A stretch of DNA of 64,000 nucleotides, taken from Eledone cirrhosa. Its lineage: Eukaryota. The DNA lies in the NCBI GenBank assembly GCA_964016885.1, contig OZ024745.1:119536001-119600000 (forward strand), given 5' to 3'. The notes below the pieces were generated by a model. It saw only the letters and a program-made list of their open reading frames with translations, was not told where the DNA came from and made no database searches. Below are positions 1-14,869 of this stretch, one piece after another (the first letter of the stretch is position 1; each line of letters starts with the position of its first letter). The position numbers and the translations under genes were made by a program.

Positions 1-1194
<1,194 letters not shown>

Positions 1195-1228
1195 AGTTTA
1201 AAGAATAGAGGTGTAACACGCAAGTTAT

Positions 1229-1632
1229 TATATATTGGTAAACGGAATAGAAAATGCTGACAAATTGTTCACAGTTGAAAAATGGTTTAATTAGGAATAA
1301 AAGAGTATTAGTGATTGTATGGGTTAGTATTCAGTTGTGGTTTTAAGTTTTTAAGTTTTTACCGGTTGCGCATTTCTAAATGCTTTTCAAAAATAATTTT
1401 GAGATAGAGTGTCCGTGCTGTTTGCTCAGATCAGAGCAAACAGCACGGACACTCTATCACAAAATTATTTTTGAAAAGCATTTAGAAATGCGCAACCGGT
1501 AAAAACTTAAAAACTTAAAACCACAACTGAATACTAACCCATACAATCACTAATACTCTTTTATTCCTAATTAAACCATTTTTCAACTGTGAACAATTTG
1601 TCAGCATTTTCTATTCCGTTTACCAATATATA
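1229..1632. repeat. Near-perfect 404-bp palindrome (fold-back), probably a PLE terminal-repeat remnant
   Basis: 1229-1430 is the reverse complement of 1431-1632; only two mismatched pairs seen (1402/1459 and 1428/1433). Centre is GA|TC. Confidence 0.92.
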
Positions 1633-1700
1633 TATATATATACACATATATATGTATGTATATATATGTATATATATATATATACACATATATATGTATG

Positions 1701-1740
<40 letters not shown>

Positions 1741-1752
1741 CACATATATATG

Positions 1753-1800
<48 letters not shown>

Positions 1801-1992
1801 TATGTGTGTGTGTGTAAATATATATATATGTAAGTATATATATATATGTATTTATATATATATGTATATATATAATGTATATGTATATATATATATATAT
1901 ATATATGCGTATATGTATATATATGTATATATATATGTATATATATATGTATGTATATAGATATATAGATATATTTATGTATATGTGTGTGC

Positions 1993-2024
<32 letters not shown>

Positions 2025-2155
2025 TTATGTATATGTGTGTGCATATATACATATATATATATATATGTATATGTGCGTGCATATATACATATATATATAT
2101 ATATGTATATGTGCGTGCATATATATATGTGTGTGTATATATATGTATGTGTATA

Positions 2156-2193
<38 letters not shown>

Positions 2194-2266
2194 GTATACA
2201 TATATATATGTGCGTATATAGATATGTATATATGTATATATGTACATATATATGTATATATATATA

Positions 2267-2321
<55 letters not shown>

Positions 2322-2330
2322 CTGGGTGTG
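1633..2330. repeat. Compound (TA)n/(TG)n microsatellite
   Basis: Direct reading. Confidence 0.95.
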
Positions 2331-2744
2331 TGTGTTATACACCTCTAGCAAACGTAATCACATGCAGATGGTACTCATAAAAGCTTGTGTGGTTTCTATC
2401 AATTTCTTTTTTGCTGTTTGTGTTTATGTATTTTACTTGTAGGTATAGGATATAAAATGTATTATACCAGTGGCAGTAAACATTTCGTTTGATTCAGATA
2501 TTCCTTTTTCTCTACATTGACATTTCATCTTCATCATAAACATATTAAAACGCTACATATGACAGGTTTCAGCATATTTCCTCCTTAGCGTGAAACTAGA
2601 TAGGTACATGTCTGCAACAATTTAACAATCATAAATACATATTACTTTGAAATTTGAACCGTTTATGATGCAAAAACATGATGTTTTTCGCCGTCGTCTA
2701 ACTATATATGGATATATTTTTCATGCATACGTATTTAAAGGGTA

Positions 2745-2860
2745 AAGCCCACCCCCGGTCACGAATGACCATGGGATTTGCACACAGAAAGTTTCCCTTG
2801 CGAGAAACAAGCCAGGGCAAGGTTGTTTGTGGAACCACCAAGACACGCGCCTACATACCT
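2745..2860 (-). mobile_element. 3' tail fragment of SINE family A
   Basis: Reverse complement aligns with the 3' part (~23000-23112) of the full SINE A copy. Confidence 0.65.
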
Positions 2861-4299
2861 ATTTAAGCTAAATAAGATAATATAATATATAAAAAAATAA
2901 TTATTAAATAGATATAAAAAAAAGACAATATTCACCGTTCTATAATAAATATGAAATTTTTTAATATCAAAAAAATTCCTAAACCTTTTATTATCTCCAA
3001 TCATCCCATATCAATACTCTTAAAATTTATATTAGATATATTTCTTATAAAATATAAAAAAAGGATAACTCCTTAAAAAAGGTTAATTAGAATAGAGATT
3101 TACTTGGTTTAGTCGGCCTGGAATTGCATCTACTTTAACACCTAAAGATGGTCCAGTACATGAATCGATAACGTCTGAAGAAGAAATAATTATTTGTGTG
3201 TTAGTTTTTATAGGTATAATTAAATGATGGTCAGTTTCTAAAAGTCAAATCATCCTGTATTAAATAGGTACTAAAAGCAGATCCGAATTTTCCTACCTTT
3301 ACATATATAACTATATATTCACGTGAAGGTATATATCTATGTATATGCATGTAACACACACATATACATAGGGTAGTGAGGCGGCGTTACACTACGTGAT
3401 AAGGTATTACGTATATGGTATCAGACGGAGTATCAATATTCAAAAAATGAAGAGAGACGTTATCACATATTTAATATCAGTTTGTTTTATTTCATCACAC
3501 ACGTTATGTACATTTCAAAAGCATCAACAGCTGATTATGCAAAAGTTATCCGATTTGTTGTCGTCATACATGTATTTAATTCTAGATCTAAATAAAGGTG
3601 TTTTTTTAGTTTTTGATCCGCTTGCCATCAAACAGATGTTGATATTTACGTATCAGACAAGTATATGCTATATGAACGCCAGCACTGGCAAGAGAGGTGA
3701 AAGGGGAATTAGAGTTACGATAGTGGTAGTCGTAGTTGGTGAACGTAGGTCAGTGTACTAAAGGAGTCAGTCTATTCAATCTACGGTCAATTGCTCTGGT
3801 TCTTAAATTGTTATAAATCAGTTCATTAATGTATTATTTTATCATATTTTTATAAAATAGCTCTCAACGGGTAACGGCGGTCATCTTACTTCGATCTCTA
3901 TTATGTTGGTGTCAGTCAGTCTATGGGACATGATTATCTATCTACGCTCATGTACAGAAGAGAAGTGAGGGTGTGCTTAAGGAGGTAGATAGATAGAGGA
4001 AAGAGAATGATGACCGGAAAGAAAAAGGAAGAAATTACATGTTAGTAAAGGTGAAGATGAAAGTTTAGATGCTATGGGAATATTAATTCGGGTCTGTAAG
4101 GTGGATGGGATATTAATTATGGGAGTGTGGTGATACCAGCAGTTAGAGCAATTATCTAGAGAAAATGGAAAGGCTCGGCGTACATTGGGATATATAACCC
4201 AGTGGAGCTACACATCAAAGTATTTGGGATGTCTTGTTCACATTGATGGGGGGGGGGGGGTCTTTCAAAATGTATAAGCTATAATCAATAAGTTAACCA

Positions 4300-5095
4300 A
4301 GGAGTTTTAGAAACTTTTTTTATATTTTGTGTCTATATGTCTTTAAAAATGCGGTGGGATGATTGATTATGTGTGGTCCGTCCTCTAGAATACCCATTGC
4401 TTCTGTAGAGCATAGATCAGAGCCACTCGTAAACGGTCGTCCCACATACGAGTGTGGTTGTAAACGTTGACCATGACAATGAATGTTGTATTCCATCCTT
4501 CTTAGACCTTGATATAGACTCGGATCGTGTCGGGATTTCCCGCTTTTCTATTCTATTAAACGGGTGGTGAGGGTTGTAGCACGCGTTCTTAAACTTGGCC
4601 GCATCAAACCTATATACCTATAATTTCTGTCGCTAGTAGTAAACCTGCACCCTTATACTATCTTTCTTCGAAAGTGTAGGCGAGTTTTCGGGATTTCTGC
4701 AGTTTATCGCTATTGGCTGTATGCCTTCTGTTGGAATTCTGACCATTATGGGGGTTAAACTCTACGTCAAAATTAATTCGTGTCAGTTACAAAGTTCCTT
4801 ACTATTTTTATCTAGGGCTATAATGCTCTAATGCCAGCAGGTTTAGATTGTGTTTTCGTTCTAATTTTCTTTTATTGGCCTTGGTTATGTTTTGCGCAAG
4901 ATTTATCGTAGTGAAGTACGATAACTTAACAGTATGTCCATTAAGAATTATATTGTGCTTATGGGATTTGTGGAAACATTTAGCAGTGGGAAAAAAACGG
5001 ACAATGTCAGTTTTATAACAGCGAAATGTGATGGGATATACCATCCGATATTACGTGTGGGGGTTTTGTTACGTTGTTGTTTTGTCATTATAGTT
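4300..5095 (-). mobile_element. Degenerate Penelope-like element, linker plus GIY-YIG region (Naiad-like type)
   Basis: Frameshifted peptides RNIGWYIP, HKSHKHNIILNGHTVKLSY..NLAQNITKANKRKL, YRYIGL and DLCSTEAMGIL resemble the IIWFNPP...TVKLSYS...CDLC motifs of this PLE type. Confidence 0.65.
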
Positions 5096-8000
5096 TATGT
5101 TGCTAGAGGGGGAGGCTTCCTTATAGTGTAGATATGCTCTGGAAGCTGCAGAGGATGCGTTTGATCTCTCGTTGTGACAGGTGATAGTGGGATTATTATA
5201 TACACCTATGCTTGAACCCACGTCTAGGCAGTGGGGTTATTGTATTTAGAAGTTGTTGTGTTGGTGCCATTCACATCTCGTTCAACAGTGTGTTGGTGTT
5301 TCGATGTGTGGTTGGGGCATTGTATACCCTGGGCCACGGCCCTAAGTTGTATGTGTAGTCTATTGTTGGTTCTCTGGATTTGATCTCTTAGTTTTTTCTG
5401 TTCATCTGGTTTGTTGTACTCTTATTGTTATTTCTCCTATTGTCAGAGGGGTGGCCTCTATTACTGTCATTATACTCTAGCTTGCGTATCCCCTGCTTGT
5501 CAAGATGTTCTATACTGTCCCTACATGAATTGGTTATGCCTATATCAATGTCATCAGTGGTATTTCTGTTTTGGTCATGAGCTATTGGTTTAGTATCTTA
5601 CGTTTATATGCAAATTAATTATCGCTATAACAATCCATTTTTGACTAAAGTATTTAGATTTATGTACTCTTAAACACGTGTGCCTTCGCATAAAATAATT
5701 CTCACCTAATTACCTCAAGTAAAATGCTCATATAAAAAGCAATGTATATTTATTATAGAAATAAATAGACAAGGTTTTCATCGCCATGGTTGCTGTTACA
5801 AAAGGTAGCATTAACAAACATACAAACATTCGATGACAGTCACCCACGAATGCACTGGCAATACCTACATACACACATATCTAGAACAGAAAAGCACAAA
5901 TATACAGATATATATATAGGATAACAGTTATTTATAAACATACGTACTGACAATATGTACAGAACAATACACTTCTTTAATTCCCTTCTTCCTCATCCGT
6001 TCTTCTATCTCCATATTCCTTTCCATTCTCTCTCTCACCCACTTTCATCCCTCCTCAACTCATGACACAACTCTCTCATTCCATTTGTCTTCGCAACATT
6101 CAACGCTGGTTTTTTATTCCCATTATCTTCTGCATTTCATTGCTTGTCTTTTTCTCTTTGAGCAATACTTCTCTCAGCCGGCAAAGCCTTCTAATTTCTT
6201 CTCTTTCCACGCTTCTCTGCTGCTTCATGTCTCGCTCGATAAATCATGACAATTCTTACACACATCATACACCATTTTCTTTAGTTTCAATGACATTCCT
6301 CTCCTCATTAACACACTACTCATTTCCCACAGCTGTCCCCAAGCTCTCTACAAGATCTTCATAGACAAAAATTAAAAGACACAATAAACGAACACACTTA
6401 TATATCAAAATAAATATAGTGTCCGTAATTCGAATTGACATTTAGGCATATAAAAGTTAAATTAAAAAAGCTGATTTTCTCATTATTAAGCTTGTATTTG
6501 CAAGATAACATTAAAAAAAATTTAGAAACATTTTGAAAAATTTAAACACATTAAATCAAACAGTTTTGTATTGCAGAACCAATTTCAAGTGTTTTAGTAT
6601 CAAAGTAGTAACATCTTTTCAACTTATATTGTGCTGCCATTGAAGGTTAGAGTTCAAAATTCATCAGTTAAATTACACTTATGTTTCTACGATATATTTT
6701 ATCAAATATTAATAATGCTAAAAATGATAAATGGTAAATAAGTTACTTACATCTTAGAAGCCTGTAAACCTTGTGAGAAATCCCTTGCTCCGTTTTAAAA
6801 TAACAAAACAGAAAGAGACAGGAGATGAAAAGAGAGATTGTTGGAAAATAGCAGAAACTAAAGAAACATGAAAAGATTTCATATTTTTTTTAATTTCTTC
6901 AAATACATCATTCCACTACCAGGTCATGTGGTCAAACCACGGAGATATTGAAGGTAATTTTGTATAAACACACAAATATGTATGTGTAATAATAATAATG
7001 ATGATAATAATAAAATTAGGATAATTGACAACGGAAAACAAGATAAACGAAAACGAGGCAGAACGAATAAAACTTTTGATGGGGAAACCTGTTTTTTTCT
7101 TTTTTAATAAAAATAAAACAATGGCAAACAGCGACAACCAAAAGCCACAGAACTCCAAGGTCTTCAGCTGTTGAGATCGACTTAAGCATTTTTGACCCCT
7201 ACCATACATATACATCAAACGACATCATTGATATACCTATATATATACATATATATCTATACAGATACACAAGCATACATGTACATACACATGTACACCT
7301 CCTCGCTCACGATCACCAAGTGGTGCCGCTATTGTAGAGAAACATTGATGATTTGGCACAAAAGCAACATAAATTACATAGGTTTGGCGTGTGTCGAAAA
7401 AGTAAAATTGTTTAAGATCAGGGCTCCTTCCTTGCTATAAAAAGGGATGACTGTTCTTAAAAAGAAGCAATAGTAGCTTCATTTCAAGGGCACTTTTTGG
7501 AAAGGTGGCCTGTTTGAAGTAGACGTTCAGGTGAATTTGTTCTCCCAGACCCTCCATAAAACCGTCTCAGCTTTGACTGCATATATGTTGATTATTAGGT
7601 ATTATTCAAGCTCTAGAACTGGAAATTTAAATATGGTCTCCTATATATGACATTAAATCAATTCTTTGATTTAGATGAGTAATTGTATTGTGATGGGTCA
7701 AGTTAAGCAAAGAGTTATACTTGACGTGAAACTGAATTAATAATGAATCTATTACAGTTTGTCTAGAATTGCTAACAGAAAGTTCGTAATACTTTAATGA
7801 AGATAGCAAGTAGAGCATTTTTATATGAGTGGTAATAACTGCACAAACCGAGCACTGTATATTTTTGATTTATACATTGAACACATAAATGAACATATGT
7901 ATGTATTCCCATATAATATAACATTCGATAACTATGTTAAATATATTTAGGGAATGCATTCTTATACAAACATCAAATAATGTAAATGATGTAGCTTTAA

Positions 8001-9016
8001 GCAGATTTCAACCAGTGAAACTGTTTCCTGAAACAGTGTAGAAGATATTATGTATCGGTTAATATATTAATCTTATATTTTTTTAAAATCCGAAATGAAA
8101 AAAAACTTTGGTAAAACGTTGGTATATTAAGTTAGAATCTAACTCCGATGACAACCATTATATTATACTCTAGTTAGGAACAAATCCTCGAATCATACGA
8201 ATAATTGAAAAAGGTGAACAACATATTCAGAAATATTGTTAGTTATCATGATAAAGCGACACTTTCATTTAGAGTTGTATGATACTTCATAGTTGTTTCT
8301 ACAGTTCAACTTATGATTTCTAATTAAAAATAAAACGTTAAAGTTGCTGATCAACTCAACTAAATTAATTTATAGATATAAAAGAGCGAAACTTAAAACT
8401 GGAATTACGAGGTCTCAATATTTTTATCTTCCATATATGTTTTTCATTATGGACACTGTCTAAAGATTTTTACGTAAGTTAGCTCTCAGATGCCTTGTCA
8501 TGAAACAATTATAGCATTTATAAGCGTTTTATAGAAATGTCAGTGTCACCTGATATTGTATTTCAGCAATTTCCCTCTGCAACCGATTCTAAGCAATATT
8601 TTCTTTACTTCCGAGACTGAAACTGACAGTTGGGGGCATTTCGTATACATAGAAATACATGAACTCAAATTTAACATTCAACGTGGTGTTGCATTTCATT
8701 CTATTAAATATTACAGCTTATTGAGTGAAAGAGGTTCAAGTTAAGTAAAGCCTTATAGAAATGTATTTGAAACGCTGATAAACTTAAACGTGTACCTCTA
8801 ACAAAATAAAATAAAACAGCTTGTAAAATAAGAATGAGATACATAAAATGCGATAACATTAGCGCCATACGTGGTATATTTGATTACAACATTCCATTGA
8901 TTGAAAACCGATTGAAGATGGCAAATGTGTAACATTGACATAAACGCCGACAATACCAGAACTCCGATTAATAACGCAAAACTGCAGAATCATTAATATC
9001 GCATGGTATATCACAA

Positions 9017-9156
9017 GGCGCATGGCTTAGTGGTTAGAGCATTGGGCTTGCAATCGAACGGTTGTGAGTTCAATTATCGGATCGATTGATGTGTTGTTTC
9101 CTTGAGCAAGACACTTTATTTCACGTTGCTCCAGTTTACTCATCTGTAGAAATGAG
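9017..9156 (+). mobile_element. tRNA-derived SINE family A (CORE-like)
   Basis: A box TGGCTTAGTGG, B-box-like GAGTTCAATT, then CCTTGAGCAAGACACTTTATTTCACGTTGCTCCAG; shared with copies at 22803, 28528 and 37640. Confidence 0.85.
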
Positions 9157-9301
9157 ATGATAGGACTTGGGCACCTATCATTAAATTACCCAAAACACAT
9201 CCAACGAGATATACCTTGGAGAAGGCCAGCTAAACCTGCATAGGTGTGATCTGTCACACACATGGTATATCACAGTATCTGTTTATATCACTGTTTTAAT
9301 T

Positions 9302-9383
<82 letters not shown>

Positions 9384-10087
9384 TAATAAAATCAATGAAT
9401 AAAAACAAAGAAACAGTTCCTTGTATTAAAAAATTCATAATTTTACGATCGTTTCTAGGATATATATGTGTGTGTTGGTATGTATATCATATAGATCTAT
9501 GTAAAAATGTTACAAACTATCAGAAGGAATATACATACCTACACATATATATGCTGTCTTCAGAAATAATGATATGTGTTTATTGAAAAGAACAACAAAG
9601 ATTTAATATAATAGGTCTGTTTGGGAACAGGTTTGGAATTGACCAATAGAAAAGTAGTAAGTGGTCAAGTTGATAGAATAGTAGTAGTAGAAATTTAATT
9701 TAGGGGTAGAGGAATGAAGGCTTTAGTTTTGAATGGAAATAATACTTTTTGTGTCTTAATCCATTGTGTTCTAAATATTCCGAACAGTTCTTTGGTTTAC
9801 AAGCCTTTTCTCTACTTCCAGTTTGTTTTACATGCTCTAAATCAATAATGATCGTCTTTGCTGACCTCTTTTTGACTAACCAGTAAAATATTACCTGCGG
9901 TTTATTAACCTAAATGACATATTTCGTATGCACATGCGTTTCCATGTGTGTATGATATATTCCTCTTGTGACACTAAACTCCGCCAGTTACAGAAGAATT
10001 TGACAGAAGAAAGACTGGGAGGAAATATGTAGTGATGTCTCTTATAATGGCTATTAAAACACGAAATTCTGTTCGTCACGAACCTTT

Positions 10088-10405
10088 TCTTGTGACACTA
10101 AACTCCGCCAGTTACAGACTGCGCGGCAACATGTGATATCTCTCTCCACAAAGTTCGATCATCAGCAGCAGAATTCAAAGAGCAAAGATCAAGTCCATTC
10201 CATAGGTTGACATTATCAAGCCATCGTTTATGTTGCCGGGCTCTGCTTATCTTACCAGCCATCCTTCCTTGCAGGCATACCCCACTCACACGACGAGTTG
10301 ATATTTTTATATGGCCGTATAGTTTAAATACTCTTGACTTGACAATTGATGTAATTGATCGTTTAGTAATGCTGAGCAGCTCACTGATACAGATACGTAT
10401 GATGT
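10088..10405 (-). mobile_element. RTE-type LINE 3' end (family R1)
   Basis: ORF ...VFKLYGHIK...GRMAGKISRARQHKRWLDNV...ADDRTLWR, a typical RTE C-terminus; homologous to 13219 and 62360. Confidence 0.8.
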
Positions 10406-12449
10406 ATTTATGATCATTTGCTTGCACATATGCGTAGTATATCTATACACGAAGAGCTGCCTTCTTTTTGATTTTCATTCATTATATGATATTCTGTTTC
10501 ACATTCTCTCTTTCACTTTGATTCCCGTTATCACTCCACATCGTAATGCATATGTGTTCCCTCTGATACACTGTAGCATTTGTCTCTGAACTTTCTCCTC
10601 ACCCCACTCATCATCAAGCATGTCCTCCCCTTTTCAACCAGCTACGGAGCAGCTTATTACAGACACGCTTCTCAACTGAAATAGTTCAAATATATATTGA
10701 ACTACACCCATATTGTTACATCACTCGCTTACAATGGCTTTCTTGTTTCTTCTGGGTGTAATATTATATTAATATTTTAATACCCTAAAGACTGACACTC
10801 ATTATTATTGAGATAATTACTTTTAGTTCTATGCTCATATTCTGTTCATTTATCATTAAATGACGGTGAATTCAAATAATTACTCAAGCAGTGAGTTGTC
10901 TGTGTTCAACAACTGGAAGGTCTTTTTTGTCATTCTTGGCAGAGTTTGTTATAAAATAAGTATTAATATCATTCTAGACTCATTTGGCCAGTCATAACCA
11001 TATCTAAAAAAAATGTATTTTCACACCACATGTAAAAGGTAATCGAATACATAGCTATTGAAGTGGTAGAATAGCACAATCGTTATAATGTTAGACAGTA
11101 TTTACTTATACTTATACACGTTTTCTGTTAAAATGCCTCTATTTTCAAGTATTATTCAAGTAGTGGTGTGATTTTAATCGACTATAAACTCCTCTGAAAT
11201 ATATGACTAGCAATAAATAACATTATAAGGACGACTGACAGCATTACATGAAGGTCTTTGGAAAACTTGATTACGTTTATTGAGATATTTACCATTATGT
11301 ACTGAGATTATATTAGTTTTATGATGTTATTATTAATAAGTTCTCTCATAGATGTAAGTGATCGCTTGATTTCCTAATTGTATGTTAGTGGTGAAATGGT
11401 TACTGCATAAAAAATCAAACATTACTAGACATAAATATGCTTTGATCAAAAAGCCATAATATGCAAAAGCTAATATAATGTTAACTTCACAGTAAGTATG
11501 CAATGCAGCTACATATACCTTTCGTTTGCTTCTCATTACCTCAGCGAAGGATAGGCTAACTGTACTTCCCGATTCAATGATAAGACAAACTCAGAGTTAT
11601 TTTAGAATATTTTCTGTTTGTTTGCGAACGAAAATATAACTATTTAGAAGTGAAACAATTCGAAGTTGTCACCCACATGAAAAAGAACACGTAATATGAA
11701 CACACTATTACATAAAGGAAGGGTGCGATCGTCAGTTCGGATCAAAGAAACAAAGTTTCTATTTGTTTTCATTGCTGACTGGATGTGCCGATAGCAACTT
11801 CTGGCTGAAGGAAGCGGGATCTGAACTTAAAGCATAGTGATTCGGAACTGAGATCCCAAAGCCTCTCGTTCAAGATTTTAAAAATCCGTGCCCAAAGCTA
11901 TTAATCTCTGCTTGACTTCTTCTTTAATTGACAAATGCCGGCAAGGATGAGAGAAAAAATTTGACCTCAGCGAGACTTGAACTCGGAGCTCTGTGAACCA
12001 GAGCAAACTTCGAGACATTTAATACAATACCCTAAGGATTATGCCAGTTCGTCAACCAAAGGTCTAACTTGGTATAAAAAAGGAAATGAGTTGATAGTTA
12101 GATAAGACCAGGTAACTATGTTTCAATTGGTCTTTTTATTGCTGATAAAATCTCCTGGTCTCAACTCTTGGCAGGACGAGGCAGGATTTGAACTCAGAAC
12201 ACAGAACAAGGATCCGATGTCTCAAAATATCCTGTCTTTAACAATTCCGCCAACACAAATTCCGGGATTGCTATGTTATCTACTCCAAGAGGAGGAAAAG
12301 CAAAATTGACAGTAGTTAGAAGGAAGCTTGCCTAGTCGCCGACGAGTTGAAATCCTTGAAATGTATGTTAATTAATTAAGTGTGTGTGGCAAGGAGGCGA
12401 AGAGGATTAACATACCTCCAATAGCTTCTAGTGTTCTTTTCTTCCTTTG

Positions 12450-12745
12450 ATACCGTAACTCCTGTAGGGTGCCGAAATGACATACGGTGTGTCAAGGACA
12501 TTTCTTTTAAACCTGGTGGAGCCCAATCCTTTTTAGGTCTGAATCCAGAAAATTTCTCCCAGCGAGGGAGAGATAGCGAATGAAAAAATGGAAGTGAGAA
12601 AGAGATATAGAGTAAGAATCGACTCCAGCACTTCATTAGTAAATTTTTATCGACCTTGAATGGATGAAAGGCAAAGTTAATTTCGGTGGCATTTGTACTC
12701 AAAGAGCCGAAACGAATAATGCATACCATTTTATCCGACGTCCTA
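12450..12745 (-). mobile_element. Degenerate SINE family B with alternative 3' tail
   Basis: TTTATCGACC..GGATGAAAGGCAAAGTT core; tail shared with 47560-47885. Confidence 0.6.
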
Positions 12746-13218
12746 ACCCTGTAATCACCGGAAAGACCTTCGGTCGACGTGCAGATACTTCACATTTTCA
12801 GATTATTATATTGCCACTCGAAGGTATATTCAATAATCTTATAATTAGTTTTAAAGACTCCATTCAAAGTTCGTAGGTAAATATCAATAAGGAAAAAGGA
12901 GTAACTTAAATCAGTAAAATAGTAATAAGATGCAAAGCTTTAGAGTTAGCCCTTCGGCTGGACTGTATAAGACATCAGTTCTATTTCCAAAGGTCAGATT
13001 CTAAAATATTAAAGCAACTATAACAACAACAAATGGTCGGATAAAAAACATATGTCACACACATATGCACTAATTGAAATTATATGATACTCAATACTAC
13101 ATATAAGATTACGTCCTTGTAGATTCTGAGGCCGACATAGACTGTAAAAACAGAAACAACAGCGAAGTAAAGGAAACAATATAATTGATGCTAATATAAT
13201 TGACGCAATATTGTGAAT

Positions 13219-13890
13219 CTAAACTCCGCCAGTTGCAGACTGTGTATCATCATGTGATATTTCTCTCCACAAAGTTCTATCACCAGCAGCAGAATTCAAA
13301 GAGCAAAGATCAAGTCCAATCCATAAGTTGAGATTGTCAAGCCATCGTTTTGACTGCCGGCCTCTGCTTCTCTTACCAGCCAACCTCTCTTCCAGGCATA
13401 ACCTAATCACACCAGTTGATCTTTTTATATAATCGTAAAATTTGAGTACTGTTGACTTGACAATTGATGTAATGCCAATCTCCAACTCACAATCTACAAC
13501 CAGCAAATTGCTCAAGTTATGGAGTTTGTATATCTCGCTCACAAACTATCATCAAACAACAATGGAATGGTGGCTGCTCAGTACCGCATCGTTATAGGTT
13601 GGGCAGCTTTCAACAAGAACAAGGAAGTACTAACATCAAAACGAGTTTCCTATCATTTGAAGGCTAAGATCTCCGATACTTACATTCCACCAGTTGTGTT
13701 ATATGGTCTTAGTTGTGTTAATTGAACGACAAGGTCACTTCAGAAGCTCTCTACATTCCAGAACCACATCATGAGACTTATGACTGGCAAGCGGCTCAGC
13801 GACCGTATCTGTATCAGTGAGCTGCTCAACATTACCAAACTTAGACCAATTGCATCAATTGTCAAGTTTAGAGTATTGAAACTATATACA
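13219..13890. mobile_element. RTE LINE (R1) with inverted upstream segment: 3' end on the minus strand at 13219-13480, upstream RT segment on the plus strand at ~13490-13890
   Basis: Plus: QVMEFVYLAHKL...RIVIGWAAF...PPVVLYG...QNHIMRLMTG. Minus: ITSIVKS...RSRGRQSKRWLDNL...DRTLWR. Confidence 0.8.
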
Positions 13891-14559
13891 CTACTTCAAA
13901 ATTTAAATCGTTTTGTGAGTCAGAGTAGTTTTTAGTTATGTCCCTCTATTTCTCACCTTGAATTCTGCCGAGATCGATTTTACTTTCTGCGTCGAACTAA
14001 TCGATTGTTATCTTCGTGAAAAATGTGTGACACTTATGTCTGTTAAAAATGAATAATACTGTACACATAGGATATGGGAAATAAGTTTGTAAAAATGGTA
14101 ATGTACCAGACATGCCATGGAGTATATAATATGTAATTTGTAATCAATATTCCCATTCATCGTATTTACCAGTATTCCAGTATTCTCCCTTGCTTAATGA
14201 GATTCTTACAATTAATATAAATGAATATAAAAAAGCAATAACTGACTATACAATAATATTTAAATATCTTGTCAATAACCCTTATAAATATACATAAAGC
14301 AGTAGAACAAACTGTGCTCATTTTTCTTCTTTTCTAATCTTCTGTTTATAATTCATGCAATTGGTCAAAAATATTCCTACATTTGTTACGTTTATATGGA
14401 CTTCAATGTCTCATATTGCTTAAGGTTACTCAAGCCATTGTTCGCTCGTTTTTGTGTATTAAAAAAAAAAGCAATTCTTTTCCAAATTTCATACACATAC
14501 ACATTTACACGCACGCGTGCGCACACACACACATATATACATGTGTGTATGTAATGAAT

Positions 14560-14762
14560 GGATCTGTTACTTTTTTTCTTAAAAACACTTTTTTCCGATT
14601 CCACCCATCCGTCCCTTCATTCTTTCTAATTTCTCATTCTTTATTCTGATGAAGGACTCGCGTCCGAAACATTAATGCCCTCTTCCTGCTATTTAAAGCG
14701 TTAAACAAATATATTTCATCTATATACTGTACCGATTGTGTTGTTATTTCTGTTTACCTTTT

Positions 14763-14796
<34 letters not shown>

Positions 14797-14810
14797 ACAC
14801 ACACACACAC
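14560..14810 (+). mobile_element. PLE terminal repeat family P1 with minimal hammerhead, ending in (CA)n
   Basis: CTGATGA-A-GGAC-TCGC-GTCC-GAAAC at 14646-14670; same ~200-bp unit at 21437 and 29217. Confidence 0.75.
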
Positions 14811-14869
14811 TCAAATTTATATATATATATATATAAATTTGAGTATGTGTTGCTTGTTTACCGTCTCTT

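Noticed and set aside
7995-8045. Further hammerhead-like fragments (also ~12765, ~16545, ~16690, ~32955)
   Set aside because: Several core positions or stems missing; not distinguishable from chance by eye.
9017-9090. tRNA gene-like heads (also 22803, 28528, 37690)
   Set aside because: A and B boxes run into SINE bodies; no complete cloverleaf or terminator.
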